Shown: positions 1 through 12,530, numbered from the stretch's first letter. The stretch: DNA of 33,000 nt from Octopus sinensis (GCF_006345805.1 NW_021836291.1:62001-95000); one strand, 5' to 3'. Numbers and translations are program-made. The notes: a model not told the origin generated them from the letters alone.

Positions 1-175
1 GCCTGCTAGCATAGTTAAGGCGAAAACCCTTACACGATAGAGCTCTTAACTAACTCTCAGTCGCCTGCTCTGTAGATCCCGAATTTAGAAGAAATAACAC
101 ATTTATACCACCTTGTCTACTTGCAACATTTCCTAAGCAGACATGATGTTATAGAAATGGTAAAAACACAGAATA

Positions 176-1147
176 TCAGTCAGATTCGACAAAGTCATCC
201 TCGTATAAGGCCTCCTCGTATATCCCCACCTCCTTCACTTCGGGCTTGCTAATGACCACTTGAACAGTCTCAGAGAGATCGTGGGCGAGTCTACCACTGT
301 CGTAAAACGAGTTACCTTCTGAATGACGAAAGCGAAACCGCAACCTGGGATTGTACATCACGGAAAAATAAAACGACAGAATTCCGTAAAAAACCCAGCA
401 ACTGAGACTTGTGTCGACTCCTGTGAGGAATGATGGAATATTCGTAGAGATCCGCGAGACTATTTAATGAGAGTTGACGTCACCTTAAAATAAGTTCGCC
501 AGGAATGGCTTTAAACCCGCAGACTCGTGCCAACTGCCATAAAACGGTCACGGAATCCGCAGCCAAGCCTACAGAAGACTCAAAACTCGCGGAAATTCCG
601 TGGATAACCTGACCATCTTAAAACACACTGACCAAATGTGCCATTCCATAAAACTCGTTCACGTCTTTCTGTAAATCCACAAACTGGCGGAACTTGTTGG
701 TGATTTCCTCGCACACCAAATCGTCATTGCCGTACAGTCCGCAAAAGTTGGCCAAGTTGTCGAATGTAAAGATTTTTTGCAGACCAGCGCACTCCTCGGT
801 GATTTTCTGCATTATTGTTAATAAATTAGACTGATAGACGGAGAATTATCAAAAACACAAATTGGTGTATTTTTTCGTTGAGACGGCGAATGTTGAGGGG
901 GAGACTGTCCAGTTCAAAGTGTCTATCACTGAAACGAGGTCGCCTACCTTGGGGATTCCAGAAGATATGAGCGAATTAGCTCTGAGAGTTCCGGAAATTT
1001 GAATTCCTTGCAGAATTCGTGGGGATTTAGTTTGAGCAGCGAGTTTAAATCTTGGGAAATGCATTCGAGGTATTCCTCCCAGTCGACTTTGGAAGCAGAA
1101 AGAGGCGATTTGTATTTCAAATAGGCAAACCTCCCCAAGACAGACAT
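176..1147 (-). CDS. ASCC2: ASCC2-like protein (N-terminal region only), 6 exons, 282 aa model
   Basis: Exons 1147-948, 922-832, 806-633, 608-484, 459-316, 290-176; GT-AG introns 923-947 (25), 807-831 (25), 609-632 (24), 460-483 (24), 291-315 (25); phases are consistent and the model ends at TGA 176-178. Motifs YKSP..EEYLE..QDLNSLLKL..HEF..SYL..PR, IHQFVFLIILRLS, FTFDNLANFCGLYG and SLADLYEYSIIP match the ASCC2 N-terminus as recalled. The 3' end is less certain. Confidence 0.8.
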
Positions 1148-1383
1148 CAAACGTGAAAATTAATATAATTTTTAAATATATTAAATCTAGAATTATATGT
1201 TGAGTTCTCCTAAATATCGTTTTATTTTTTACGCACATATAGTGGAGGACATTAGTAGGGTGAAATATGATGGGTTATTGTCGTCAGGTGACTATAAGAG
1301 ACAATATGTCTGAAGAATGTAAAGTAGTTAATTATCTTTAGTTAGTACAATCCGATTGGGTTAATAGAATGTCATTAATTATT

Positions 1384-2430
1384 CTAGAAGAATAAGGTCA
1401 GTTGCCAATATAATGCAGCTTTAAACCAAAATGATGATTTGATCGAATTTTGAAATTTATTATTTTTGTTTGTCTCAGTGGAAAGGGCATTCTGAGGTGG
1501 CAAAGTTGTCTCTAAAGTGCTTGATTCGATCTCAGTGCCAGGGATAGCCTGAGGTGGTAGAGTAGTCTTTTATGTATTACTCAATTAAAGATACTTACAT
1601 TTGGCTTTACGATTGGGTTACTCAGAGATTCTTAAATATCTGTGAAATGAATACTAACCTTCACAAATTGTCATTAATTTAGTGTTAGTATCTTCTGAAA
1701 TATAAATATTACCATTTTCAATAACGAATCCGTCATCTATTGAATGTCGGACTGCCCCAAATAATATTTCCCTCCTAACGACAAATCTATTTGTGTTGAA
1801 ACGATTCATACTTTGTAGATACTGTCGAACTGAATCTCCAACAGCCGCGGCCAATTTAGCGTTGTACATTTCGCATTTATTTTTCTGGGAAATGAAATTT
1901 TTTGGTTTTTCCAACGTGAAAAAACACTTGTCCTCAATACAATGCCGGCTCCCTAAATGTGATGTATTATGCATTTACGCTGGGGACTCAAAGTAGTCCT
2001 ACAACATTAATTCAATAAAGTAATAAGTGCGTTGTATTTCAACATGTGTATGTAACTGAGGTGGGCTTCTACTTTGGCGGACAGGCACTATTTGTGTTAA
2101 AACTTACTTACTTTGACAAATATAGTGGCATTGCTGATAACAATCCGCTAGAATACGGTCATTCTTGATAAAGTTGCACTCTTTGTCAGGTTTTGGAGAA
2201 AAAGTTCCAATATAGTAGCATTTTCTTTGATCCAGTAATGCTGCTGTTAAAAATGTTTTTTTACGTTTGATTTGATTGTAACTATTGACGTCAATGGTCG
2301 CCAATTGCCATCCCAACTTTTCACATGTTCCCAAATGATCTCTGAATTCAGTAGTAAAGTCAAGAATAGTGTAACAGTATCCGAAACATTTCCTGGGACC
2401 TAAAAATCAGCACATTCAAAGCAACAGTCA
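1384..2430 (-). CDS. Surface protein with two degenerate C-type-lectin-like domains, a Ser/Thr/Pro stalk and a hydrophobic C-terminus (5' end unresolved)
   Basis: Domain 1: CPRKCFGYCY..F..H..TCEKLGWQLATID...ECNF...DCYQQCHYICQ. Domain 2: HCIEDKCFF..K.NF...KNKCEMYNAKLA...TICE. Introns 1631-1658 (28) and 1567-1598 (32) lead to a last exon 1566-1384, TTLPPQAIPGTEIESSTLETTLPPQNALSTE...NSIKSSFWFKAALYWQLTLFF*. The splicing between the two domains and the first exon are not resolved. Confidence 0.65.
1473..1566 (-). repeat. 57-bp-period imperfect duplication encoding the mucin-like TTLPPQ..TE repeat
   Basis: tctcagtg...ctgaggtgg starts at 1473 and again at 1530 on the + strand; in frame on the - strand within the lectin gene. 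Confidence 0.75.
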
Positions 2431-2826
2431 TCTTCTACGTATAGACTATTTCAATAACGGTCGAGATTATTGATTCTGTTGAGGGTAGTTAAATGAAAGG
2501 GCAAATCGGGACTATATATTTAACAATTCCAACGTGTTGTGTAACGTAGAACTCATTATGTAACCATTCTCATGAATGTGATCAAACCCCAAAATGTGAA
2601 GAAGTTTGTGAACAACTGTTTTCGCAGTCTCTTTTAGATTAGTCACCGTCTACGGATGAGTGATTTACTCAAACTTTGTAGTTCGTGAAAACTGTAGCCA
2701 ACGCTCTGGTAAAATTTATTGAAGTACTTCCTTTTGCTAAGAATCTGGTGCTGTCTTAATTTCAGTATCAAATATGATTAAACAAATGTTAAAATATTTT
2801 TATAAACTTGGAAAATTAATTTAGAG

Positions 2827-3620
2827 TCAAACCTCTAAATCTCGCCATTTTTTGAGACCGACCATATTTTGGCGAGATTTAGAATTTGGCGAGCAATAGA
2901 AGTTTTGCACTTCCGGTTGTTTACCAAAATTAGTTCTGGGATCGAAAACTCCCGACGTCTCCACTGCGATCGGGGCAAAGATATGACGGTGCGATAATGC
3001 ACTGTATTTCTTGATTTTTAACGTTTTTGCCAGGTTAGCTGCGGAGCCCGGCTCTGCGGCTGACGTAAAGATGTTTCCGGCGGAGAAGATATCCGTGCAA
3101 GTTGCGTCCCAGATGAGCGACTTGCCATTTTCGAAGGGGAAAGTCGTTAGGCCGTCAGGACGTTTACCATCCTCCCGAAACAGGCCGACCGGTTCCAACT
3201 GTGATGGGAATCCGGCAGTTTCAAGAGTCCGCTTAACTATGTCGTTCAGGGCAGCGTGTTGGGGAAAGCGTTCGGAGCTTCTCTGGCACGATAATGGGTG
3301 CAATCCAAAGGAGTCAACGGTCGATCCACAGCGGCACCGGTGTTCTCGGCATACGTTTAGTCCCAGGCGCAATGAGACGCCGATCCTCAGGCAATCGTCC
3401 TCCAATAAGGTTCCAATCGATTCCATAGGGATGGCGGTCAACCAAGCCTTCGAATATGGTTGCGAGGCAGGCAATAAACAAGCCAAGGGATGTTGGTTGA
3501 GCTTATTCTTGAGGTTGTTCGACTTCTTATCACAGAGAATCCTGTCCCATTAAACATAAATTGAAAGAGTAGGGGTCTAAAGATGCGTGCGGATAAGTGC
3601 AGTGTCATCAAAGTCTGTAA
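2827..3620 (-). mobile_element. CRE-clade non-LTR retrotransposon remnant (CCHC zinc knuckle plus restriction-like endonuclease)
   Basis: WDRIL..AWLTAIP..LRIGVSLRLG..CRCG..GLHPLSC..HAALNDIV..EP..KRPDG..LIWDATC..K..KY..FAPIAVETSG; frameshifted at both ends. Confidence 0.85.
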
Positions 3621-4439
3621 AAGGACGAGGGGTTACACTAATTACGTTCCTAGGTTATTGCTGAACGGGTCAGCAATTGCTGCAGTTGATCGGATGACTT
3701 AAGCCGTCCGGTAAGTTTGATGATCACATTGCACGTACGAAAATGCGTGCAATGCAGCAACTAGGCGCGTTGCGTGTTTTCTGGCTGCGGAGAGGTGTTT
3801 AACGCCATGGTGTTATCCGAATCGAACGTAGAGCATCTATAAACAACCTCAGCATTGTTCCTCAGGCTAGCTCACGGCTAGTTCACGGCTTAGGATGGCG
3901 AGAGGAGCTCTCGGACACCCAGGAATTGTTCCTCAAAGGCCTTCCTGAGGTCCTAGAAAAGATAATTGGAATTTTTAAAACTCCATCTTCTCTTGATATC
4001 TCTTTAATTAACATTATTCACCTCCTGATCTAATTTAAAAAACAAATCAACTCTAAATTCAATTCCAATCATTAAATTACATTAAGGATGTCAAGATTGA
4101 AATGGAAAAAAGTTTTTGAAAATATCAAAAAATCTCTCTGAATTAAGTCGCACTAACGTTGTCATAAATTTAGGTGATAACCACTCCCATCAAGACTTTG
4201 AGAATTCAGCATGTTCATTTTTAATAATAAATTGACTTTATCACAATACCGGCTTTTCACGCAAACCATCACCTTTCAAGAACCAGATCAAGGAGGGTGA
4301 AGAACCTGCCCAGGTGATCAAGGTCTCCAAGTGGGAGGAGTTCAGGAATCGAATTGACTCAGCAGTATTTCGAACATAAATTGAAACCAGACTATTCTGA
4401 TAAAAATAGTTTTTTAAAATAGTAATTAATTATAGTGAA

Positions 4440-5275
4440 TTAGTTGTCTCCACACCGATCATGAAAAATATGCCTGGTCGGGGGACCATTCCCTTTACTG
4501 CACGTGTGTCCTGACTTGTTCTGAGATTTGAACATACTCAAATACTTCTTGTCCAGGAATGGAACCAATCATCAGTTTTTGCATGGTCATTTGGTTCATC
4601 TGGGCGTTCTGCATGACCATCATTTCGTAATAATCTGACATTTTTACCCCACAATACCGCTCTTCCTCAAATTAGTGTTTCCTTGCAGTGGAACACAAGA
4701 GAACGGGGAGTTCTCGGTGTGTTGAGGACAAACGATTGGTGGATGGGAAGCCTGCTGGTGTGGCTGACAGCATCTATCATGTTCACATTGGCAACACTTG
4801 TGCCTTTCAGGGCTCAAAACAATAACTCACTCGAAATGAGAACACGGGTCATCGTGAGCATATGAGCAATGGAAAGGACGATGGCAATCATCGTACCCGA
4901 ACCGTCTATCCGTATATTCCAGTTGCTGTGTTTGTTCATAAAAATAGTCACTTTGATGAGGTCGTTCAGTTCGTGCTGTCTCATTACAAGTTCTTTGTAT
5001 ATTCTATTCCGACTGTGGTGTTGCTGTTCTGAAAGTTTACCAAATCTTAATACGGCGAGGGAAAATCGAACTGGCCCAGTGGGGAGAGATGTAGGCACTT
5101 TCTCCCGTCGTGGAAGGACGGTCTTCGTTAATTCGCCTCCTCTCGTTTAGCAGTTTCTATACATCCTGTATATTGAGGCCACCAGGGGAGTTTTAGATAC
5201 CTGGCGAATTATTCTGGCACGGATGTGAGCAAGATGGTCGTTTATGTCTTGGTGTTTCTCCATTTGAAATGACAT
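4440..5275 (-). CDS. C21orf58/PRR29-like (DUF4587-type) protein, 7 exons, 220 aa model
   Basis: Introns 5157-5200 (44), 5071-5098 (28), 4926-4951 (26), 4804-4830 (27), 4635-4657 (23), 4521-4545 (25); phases consistent from ATG 5275 to TAA 4440. Motifs EMMVMQNAQMNQMTMQKLM and RARIIRQKLLNERRR resemble the DUF4587 family as recalled. Confidence 0.6.
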
Positions 5276-5991
5276 TTTATTGATTCCGAGGTTTTTATAC
5301 ATGTTGCCCAGAAACAAATTGCGTTGAACTTATTTGTACATGAAAGCTATTATCTGGCCTTGCAGTGCACTTGACTATTATATTCCTCTCTCTGTGTAAA
5401 CATTGACATTTACTTAAAAGTAAGCCCCATCATTGACGAGCCTGAGTCGTCGAATAAGAAAATTATATTATTCAGAAGTTAGTAAAATTGGGTTAAAATA
5501 TCTAGTAAATTTGAATAATATACTGGGACAAGAAAGGAATGGACATCACAAGAAACCCAACGCTCCAGTAGCGTGCTACTATCCTACCCCATATCTTCCA
5601 ATTTCAGGGGGAATGGGGTTAAATAAATACATTGGGACAACGGTTCGCATTGTTTAAGTGAATACTGTTGTTTATTTTCAAGAATAACTGTTTAATTATA
5701 TTTAAATGACACCCCAGACACAAACAACAGTTACAATTAGCTAATCGAATGGCGAGACCGTGGTAAGGAGTTTTTTGTGCCAATCAACATCCACCTCCAA
5801 ATCCTTATTACAGGTTTCCGTTGTCAAAGAGAGGTGGGGAGATGATACATCCAGTTTTCATTTGTCACCCTCTTGCTGTCGTTAACCGAATTTCATTTCT
5901 TTTCCGGAAAGTTTCACATAATGAAGAGTTTTCATTGGTAATGTGATCAGTAGGGCAATTTTTTTAACCTAAAAAATAAAAAATTTAACCT

Positions 5992-6087
5992 AATAAAATT
6001 AACTTTATTGACATAAAAGCTAAAAAATTAACCAAATAAAATTAACTTTATTGACATAAAAGCTAAAAAATTAACCCAATAAAATTA
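5992..6087. repeat. 43-bp tandem duplication (about 2.2 copies)
   Basis: aactttattgacataaaagctaaaaaattaacc starts at 6001 and again at 6044. Confidence 0.9.
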
Positions 6088-6130
6088 CTTAAAAACTAAC
6101 AATAAAAACACTAAAACTTTAAAAACACTG

Positions 6131-6447
6131 AAACCCTTACTCTGGGACGCAACCTGTGTGAACACACTCTGCCCGTCCAACATTGGACAGACTGTATGCC
6201 GCGGAAAAAACAATGAGGGCAAAGGAGAGAAAATACGAAGCGTTGCGAGACCGATTTGCGTTCTATCCGATTGTGGTCGAGACAACTGGAGGAATAAGTG
6301 GGAAATCGCTTCGCTTCCTTAAGAAGCTTGGCCACATTAAAAGGCCACAACACACGTGAGACCCGGTGGCTTCTCCAGTTGATCTCTAGAGGCAATGCTA
6401 CGTCAATAATGTTGGCGGGGTCAACTTCGGATGGATGGCTTTGTTAA
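6131..6447 (+). mobile_element. CRE-clade retrotransposon 3' end remnant
   Basis: KPLLWDATCVNTL, then after a frameshift AKERKYEAL..FYPIVVETTGG..LKKLG, then RGNATSIMLAG; this is the C-terminal endonuclease region of the same family as 2827-3620. Confidence 0.8.
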
Positions 6448-6901
6448 CTTCTAGTTGATATTTTCATTTAATAATTTAAATTTATTATTTATTTTATTTA
6501 TTGAACCAGAAAACAACCGTCATAGCCAAAGAAAGAAGAATTCAGGTGATCCCAGCCTCCCTCAGCAGTTCGCGCAGCCTCTCCCGATGTTCCGCCGTTG
6601 TCCCGACGCATTTTCGGTACGGACGGGGATTTTCAGGACGAATAATTTAAATCAAAAATTATAAGGTTAAAATATTTTTAACTTTATAATTCTAACTTTT
6701 TAACCAAATAATGTTGTTTAATATACATTTATTTATAATAAAATATTGTTAAAAATCATTTTAATGATTATTTATTTACTATTATTAAATTTTAACTTTT
6801 TTAACTTAGTTCTCCCTAGTGATCGGGGAAGGGAGGAGATCCCCTTTCTACAACTGTGTCGTGTCAGAAGGACTCCCCTCATGGATGGGGAACGGTGACG
6901 A

Positions 6902-6950
6902 GACTTAGCTCAGCGGAAAGTTGCTTCCTTTTGGAATCGAATCCAGGAAT
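6902..6950 (+). other. Degenerate tRNA-like/Pol III promoter-like element (possible SINE head)
   Basis: A-box match TAGCTCAGCGG at 6906-6916 and an imperfect B-box-like GGAATCGAATCC at 6933-6944; spacing is too short for a tRNA and there is no cloverleaf. Confidence 0.3.
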
Positions 6951-7144
6951 GCCGTACTCCAACTTCCATAACATACTTTTCACCTAATTTATTAATCATA
7001 TTCACAAACAGAAATATTCCCAATTGAAAGATTTGACCTTGCTTAAACATTTAAATAACGATTATTAATTAACATTAAGATAGAAATATCCTACAAATTT
7101 GCCTTTTTAGTTGAACTGGATTTTTTATAGATAAAACAATTCAT

Positions 7145-8144
7145 TTGAAGTTAACGGTGAAGATCGGACCCGTACAATCAAGATCTTTCAAAACAAGCAT
7201 TGGAACGCCCCAAGGTGATTCAATATCACCTGTACTATTCATTGTCTATCTTGAAGCGGCACTAAGAGATCTGAGAAAACTAGTGAAGACTACTTCAATA
7301 ACTGAAGTGATATATGCCGACGATGTAGACTTTTGTCTCATGATAAGTCGACACTCGAAGAACTGCTGAACATTGCTCCTCATGCACTGGAAAAATGGTT
7401 CTTAAAAGTGAACATAGAAAAAACCGAATATGTAACAATCAACCGGGAGGCAATAGAACAGACGAAAAATGGCGAAACTCGAAAAAAGTTGGAACTCTTT
7501 TAGGAGATAGTGAAGACATTATGAGGAGAAAGATGCTATCGACTGTTGCACTTAACAAACTGCGGACCACTTGGCTACGAAACCGCGAGGTTGGAACGGC
7601 CTTACGTGCCAATTATACAATGCTTTTATTAAACCCATACTTTTGTACAACGGAGGAACATGGGGAATATCTGAGTCTGAATCAAAATCTCTTGATGCAT
7701 TCCATAGAAGACAGTTAAGAATTCTTATTGGCATCAACTGGCCAAAGAAAATCAAGAACTCCACCCTATACAATATCTGCAACAGCAGACCCGTCAGTGT
7801 GGACATTACCGAAGCACGTTGGCGCCTATTGGGCCACATTCTAAGACTCGACCAGGATGTCTATGCTAACTGGGCAATGGAATCATATTACGCAAAGGAC
7901 GAAAGATCTGCGTCCCGAGGACGCCCACGAAATACATTACCTATTGTAATCTCAAAAGAACTACAACGCGTTAAAAGACAACTGAAAAATGGAGACGACC
8001 TAGATACTCTCAGGAGTATAGCATACAACCGCACATCATGGAAATTATGACCGAAAAGATAGTCTCATATGTGGCACATGTGGGAACTTAATTAGTTTAA
8101 ATTACATTATGTTCCTATGACAGTGCTAATAATAATAATAATAA
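7145..8144 (+). mobile_element. 5'-truncated RTE-like LINE (3' half of reverse transcriptase, frameshifted) with (TAA)n tail
   Basis: GTPQGDSISPVLF, YADD, KKVGTLLGD, LLYNGGTW, RWRLLGHILRL, RGRPR; (TAA)6 at 8127-8144. Confidence 0.88.
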
Positions 8145-8675
8145 TTCATTTGAATAATTAGAATGAGCAATTTTTTTTATCTTTTTTGATAGATATTCTT
8201 TAATGACTCATTTTTTTCGGCATATTTTTTAAAAATTAAAAAAGTCAATTTTTAGTACAAAAATATAAGTTCGTTCAAATTTTAAAGTGAGTTATGCTTA
8301 ATTTGTAATTTTATCTGGTCCTCAGTAGATAATAAGAATATTTTTAATAAAATATGAAATATTTGATGACGATAATATCAATCAATTCATTAGAATAAAA
8401 AATTAACATTATGATAATTTACAATTCAAGACTTTAATCCTGAACTAGATTAACTTCTGTCTTGTCAGTTCTATTAAAACTGACTATAAATTTTTTCAAA
8501 CTGTCAATATTATCAAATAAACTAGTAACTAGTGATTAGTTCTCTGGGTCACTCAAAGGTAAAGGTTATATTTTATTTCATTACACGCAAAACTTATATC
8601 ACGTCGACCTGATCGGCGGGGTTATCGTACTTAATAGAAACGACGTTATTTTTTATTTCAGTCGGAATTATACCA

Positions 8676-9509
8676 ATGAATTATTACAACAACACATTTT
8701 TTGGCAGCAATCCTCAGGATAATTCTTTTTTACATTTTTTTGATAACCAAAATGTAACAAGATTTCCAGATAACATGACATTTCCACCTATGTACCAGAT
8801 TCCCCACAATGATTTGTTTTTAAACCACTACCAGATGAATTCATATGATTTCATAATACAGAATTATCGACTGACCGAGAACGCTTATTCATATTACAAT
8901 CAGCCTTCCATTTACAATGAAATTGCTCCTCGGCAAATTCCTGTGACTTTGTACAAGCCTGATGTCAGCGACTTGGCTCTTGCCATTTCCAATGATTACA
9001 AGGAAGACAACGTGCCTCATCTAATTACTGAACAGGCAACACTAAGTGACGACACGCTTCAAAGAAAGTCTTTGGTAGAATTAGGATACTATTTCAAAGC
9101 TAAAAGAATGAATCTTGGTTACTCCCAGTCTGAGATGGCCATTATAATGGAGAGAAGCGGCTTCCCCGTGTGTCAAACGACTATATGCAGATTTGAGTTG
9201 GGTAAACTCCCAACTACTACAATGGAAAATCTGAAAGATTCTTTTTTGGTTGTTCTAGAATCTCTGAAGAAAAACCCAATTTCCAAGTCCCACTTGAAGT
9301 CGCTCCCGAAAGCCAGAAAGAAACGAAGATTTTTTAATAACAAACTCAAAGAATACCTCGAAAATATTTTTTCAGTCAGCATTTATCCAAACAAACAAGA
9401 AATCAGGAAGATTGTAGCGGAGACTGACTTGCCAGAATCTGTAGTCCGAGTCTGGTTTGGAAACAGAAGACAGAAAACACGTCGAACTATTTCTTCCAAT
9501 GATCTATAA
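8676..9509 (+). CDS. POU-domain homeobox transcription factor (divergent, tentatively POU3-like), no coding intron, 277 aa
   Basis: POU-specific domain FKAKRMNLGYSQ..QTTICRFE..M.NLK and homeodomain RKKR..LE..F....P...EI..I.....L...VVRVWFGNRRQK; Asn/Tyr/Gln-rich N-terminus. Confidence 0.92.
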   Translation: MNYYNNTFFGSNPQDNSFLHFFDNQNVTRFPDNMTFPPMYQIPHNDLFLNHYQMNSYDFIIQNYRLTENAYSYYNQPSIYNEIAPRQIPVTLYKPDVSDLALAISNDYKEDNVPHLITEQATLSDDTLQRKSLVELGYYFKAKRMNLGYSQSEMAIIMERSGFPVCQTTICRFELGKLPTTTMENLKDSFLVVLESLKKNPISKSHLKSLPKARKKRRFFNNKLKEYLENIFSVSIYPNKQEIRKIVAETDLPESVVRVWFGNRRQKTRRTISSNDL

Positions 9510-9821
9510 AATTTTCAATAAATACGAGTTTTTTATTCTGTTATTTTCACGTCCTGACATGTCACGAATATTAAGTTGACTGTCATTGATTGTTAATGTA
9601 AGATATTTGGGGAGTTGGACTTGGATTGATCTATTGTATCGATTTTAAATATAATTTGTCCGACAACATAATTATCATAAGCAATGCCAATTCAAAGAGA
9701 ATTCTGACATCATATAATGAAAGATTTCCCCAAAAGTGGAGTAATCAGAACTAGGATTGTTCGCAACTGACACAATTGAATTATGAATAAAAACTTAACA
9801 AAAAAATGCTATAAGAGATAG

Positions 9822-10922
<1,101 letters not shown>

Positions 10923-11789
10923 TATGACACCACTACAAATAAAATTTTGCATTATTTTATTAGTTTGTTACTATAATTAAAATATGACGATTAATAACGA
11001 ATTTTCTTTTCCAGTGCTTACGAACTTGTGTTGTCCCACGAACTAATTAATGTTCTGTCGATGTGGGTCACCTTGATGCAAATGATAGTTTTTGTTTGGA
11101 TTAACTACAAAAAGACCTGCAACCATTCCCATTGGACATTTTCTGTAACATCGGTGGCAGCAGAGCAGCCTCGAAGCCGTTGCTCTCAAAGACCTTTTTC
11201 ACATCCAATAAAAAGAATTCGCGATTCTACCTCAACGTCGACAATTCTAAGGTAAATGCCTAACTCCGTTCTCAATAAACTTCTCCATATGTTAATTCCC
11301 CTGAAATGCTTCTTGACCGTTCTGCTCATTTCCCCTTTAATAAAATATTAACTCGTTTTGTTTCGAAATACAATCACAACGAAAAGGTACATCTCAAAAA
11401 ATAAGGTGAATTGGCAATTCTGTGGCTAGCTTTTTTGATACGTTCTTTTAGGTAAAGACTTTAACAAGACTTCAAATATGGCTTTAAAAAAATGTTAAGT
11501 ATTCTTTTCTTGTCTCTTAAGTTCGCTTTTATTTTTGACATTCTGCAATTTGGAATTTTTTTCATAAAATATTGTTTGAGTTTCAGTTAATTTACCGATT
11601 CCACAATCGCATCTAAAATTGGAAATAATGCAGACGTTGAAAATTTTTAAAAATAAATTTTAAATCGCCGTAAAGTCCTTAAAATATTTTCTTTAGCAGT
11701 CAAAAGACACTGATTACAAAGTCAAATTAATTACATAAAATACTAGTTTCATTAAAGTTGTGACTTGGTTCTGAAAAAGCACGTCTTTA

Positions 11790-12530
11790 TCATGCTTAAA
11801 TTAAAAATCCCTGTTCACCATACGTGTTCGAGGTCTCTCATCTTTAAATCAAAAAAGAACAATTGGCTGAAGATCTGTCCCGTTAAAAAACCGATATCTG
11901 CGCCTTACAGGAGACAAAGAACGCTCTTGGGTATGAAGGAATCTTACTCCCGTCTAACAGTCGTCACTACGATCTTGGTTTTACAATAAACTGGAACCTA
12001 ATGAGGTGGGTGCATAAAATTTGGACAGTTTGTGACTGTGTTATTGTAATGCAACTTTGTTTATCATCTTCAAACAAAACTATGATGACTGTTATTAACG
12101 TCTGGGTCTACACATGGGCAGAGTCTCAAAAGAAATCGATGAACTGAATTAATAAACCCTGACGAAAACATATACGCATGTTTTCAAAATGAATAAATGT
12201 TCAATGAATTTCATTTGCGGCGTCTGGAATGCCAAAGCTTACATAATGAAATTTGCATGAGGAAACACGGGAGAGGATACAGAAATCTATTTGGACATTC
12301 TCTCACTGATTTATGTAATTCATCAAACATGTATCTCTGCAATACCACTTTGAACATTCTGCAAAGCATAAAACTACCTAGCTTGGCACAAAGAGATTCA
12401 AAAACTATGCTTACATTATGTATATAAAATTCAATGGACTATATTCCATGTCTAACCTTATTGTTGTCTTGCTCTAGGAGCTATGGAGGAACTATAATTG
12501 AGAGTGACCACAGACTGACAGTTCCAGATT
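11790..12530 (+). mobile_element. RTE-like LINE apurinic endonuclease remnant (many stops and frameshifts)
   Basis: VRGL, KEQLAEDLSR*KTDICALQETK, HYDLGF, TVINV, WNAK, KHGRGYRN..G..L..LC, SRSYGGTIIESDHRL, read across frames. Confidence 0.8.

Noticed and set aside
1431-1566. Plus-strand ankyrin-like GHSEVAKL/EVVE reading, twin ctcag/ctgag hairpins and C/D-box-like ATGATGA..CTGA
   Set aside because: The period is 19 codons, not 33, and has stops; the region is explained as the antisense of the in-frame mucin repeat of the lectin gene. No guide complementarity recognised.
2530-2640. Cathepsin-B-like IP.C...C...TPKC...C on the plus strand
   Set aside because: Short, interrupted by stops, and no catalytic or flanking motifs; left unassigned.
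3011-3553. 180-aa plus-strand ORF, and similar ORFs such as 15781-16170, 20232-20474 and 27736-28071
   Set aside because: Antisense shadows of recognised coding or transposon sequence.
3935-3952. DLRKAF resembling an RT motif on the minus strand
   Set aside because: Six residues preceded by a stop, with no other RT motif in register.
5300-5900. Possible small gene on the plus strand with intron-sized GT-AG segments
   Set aside because: I could not build a phase-consistent model from start to stop or recognise a product.
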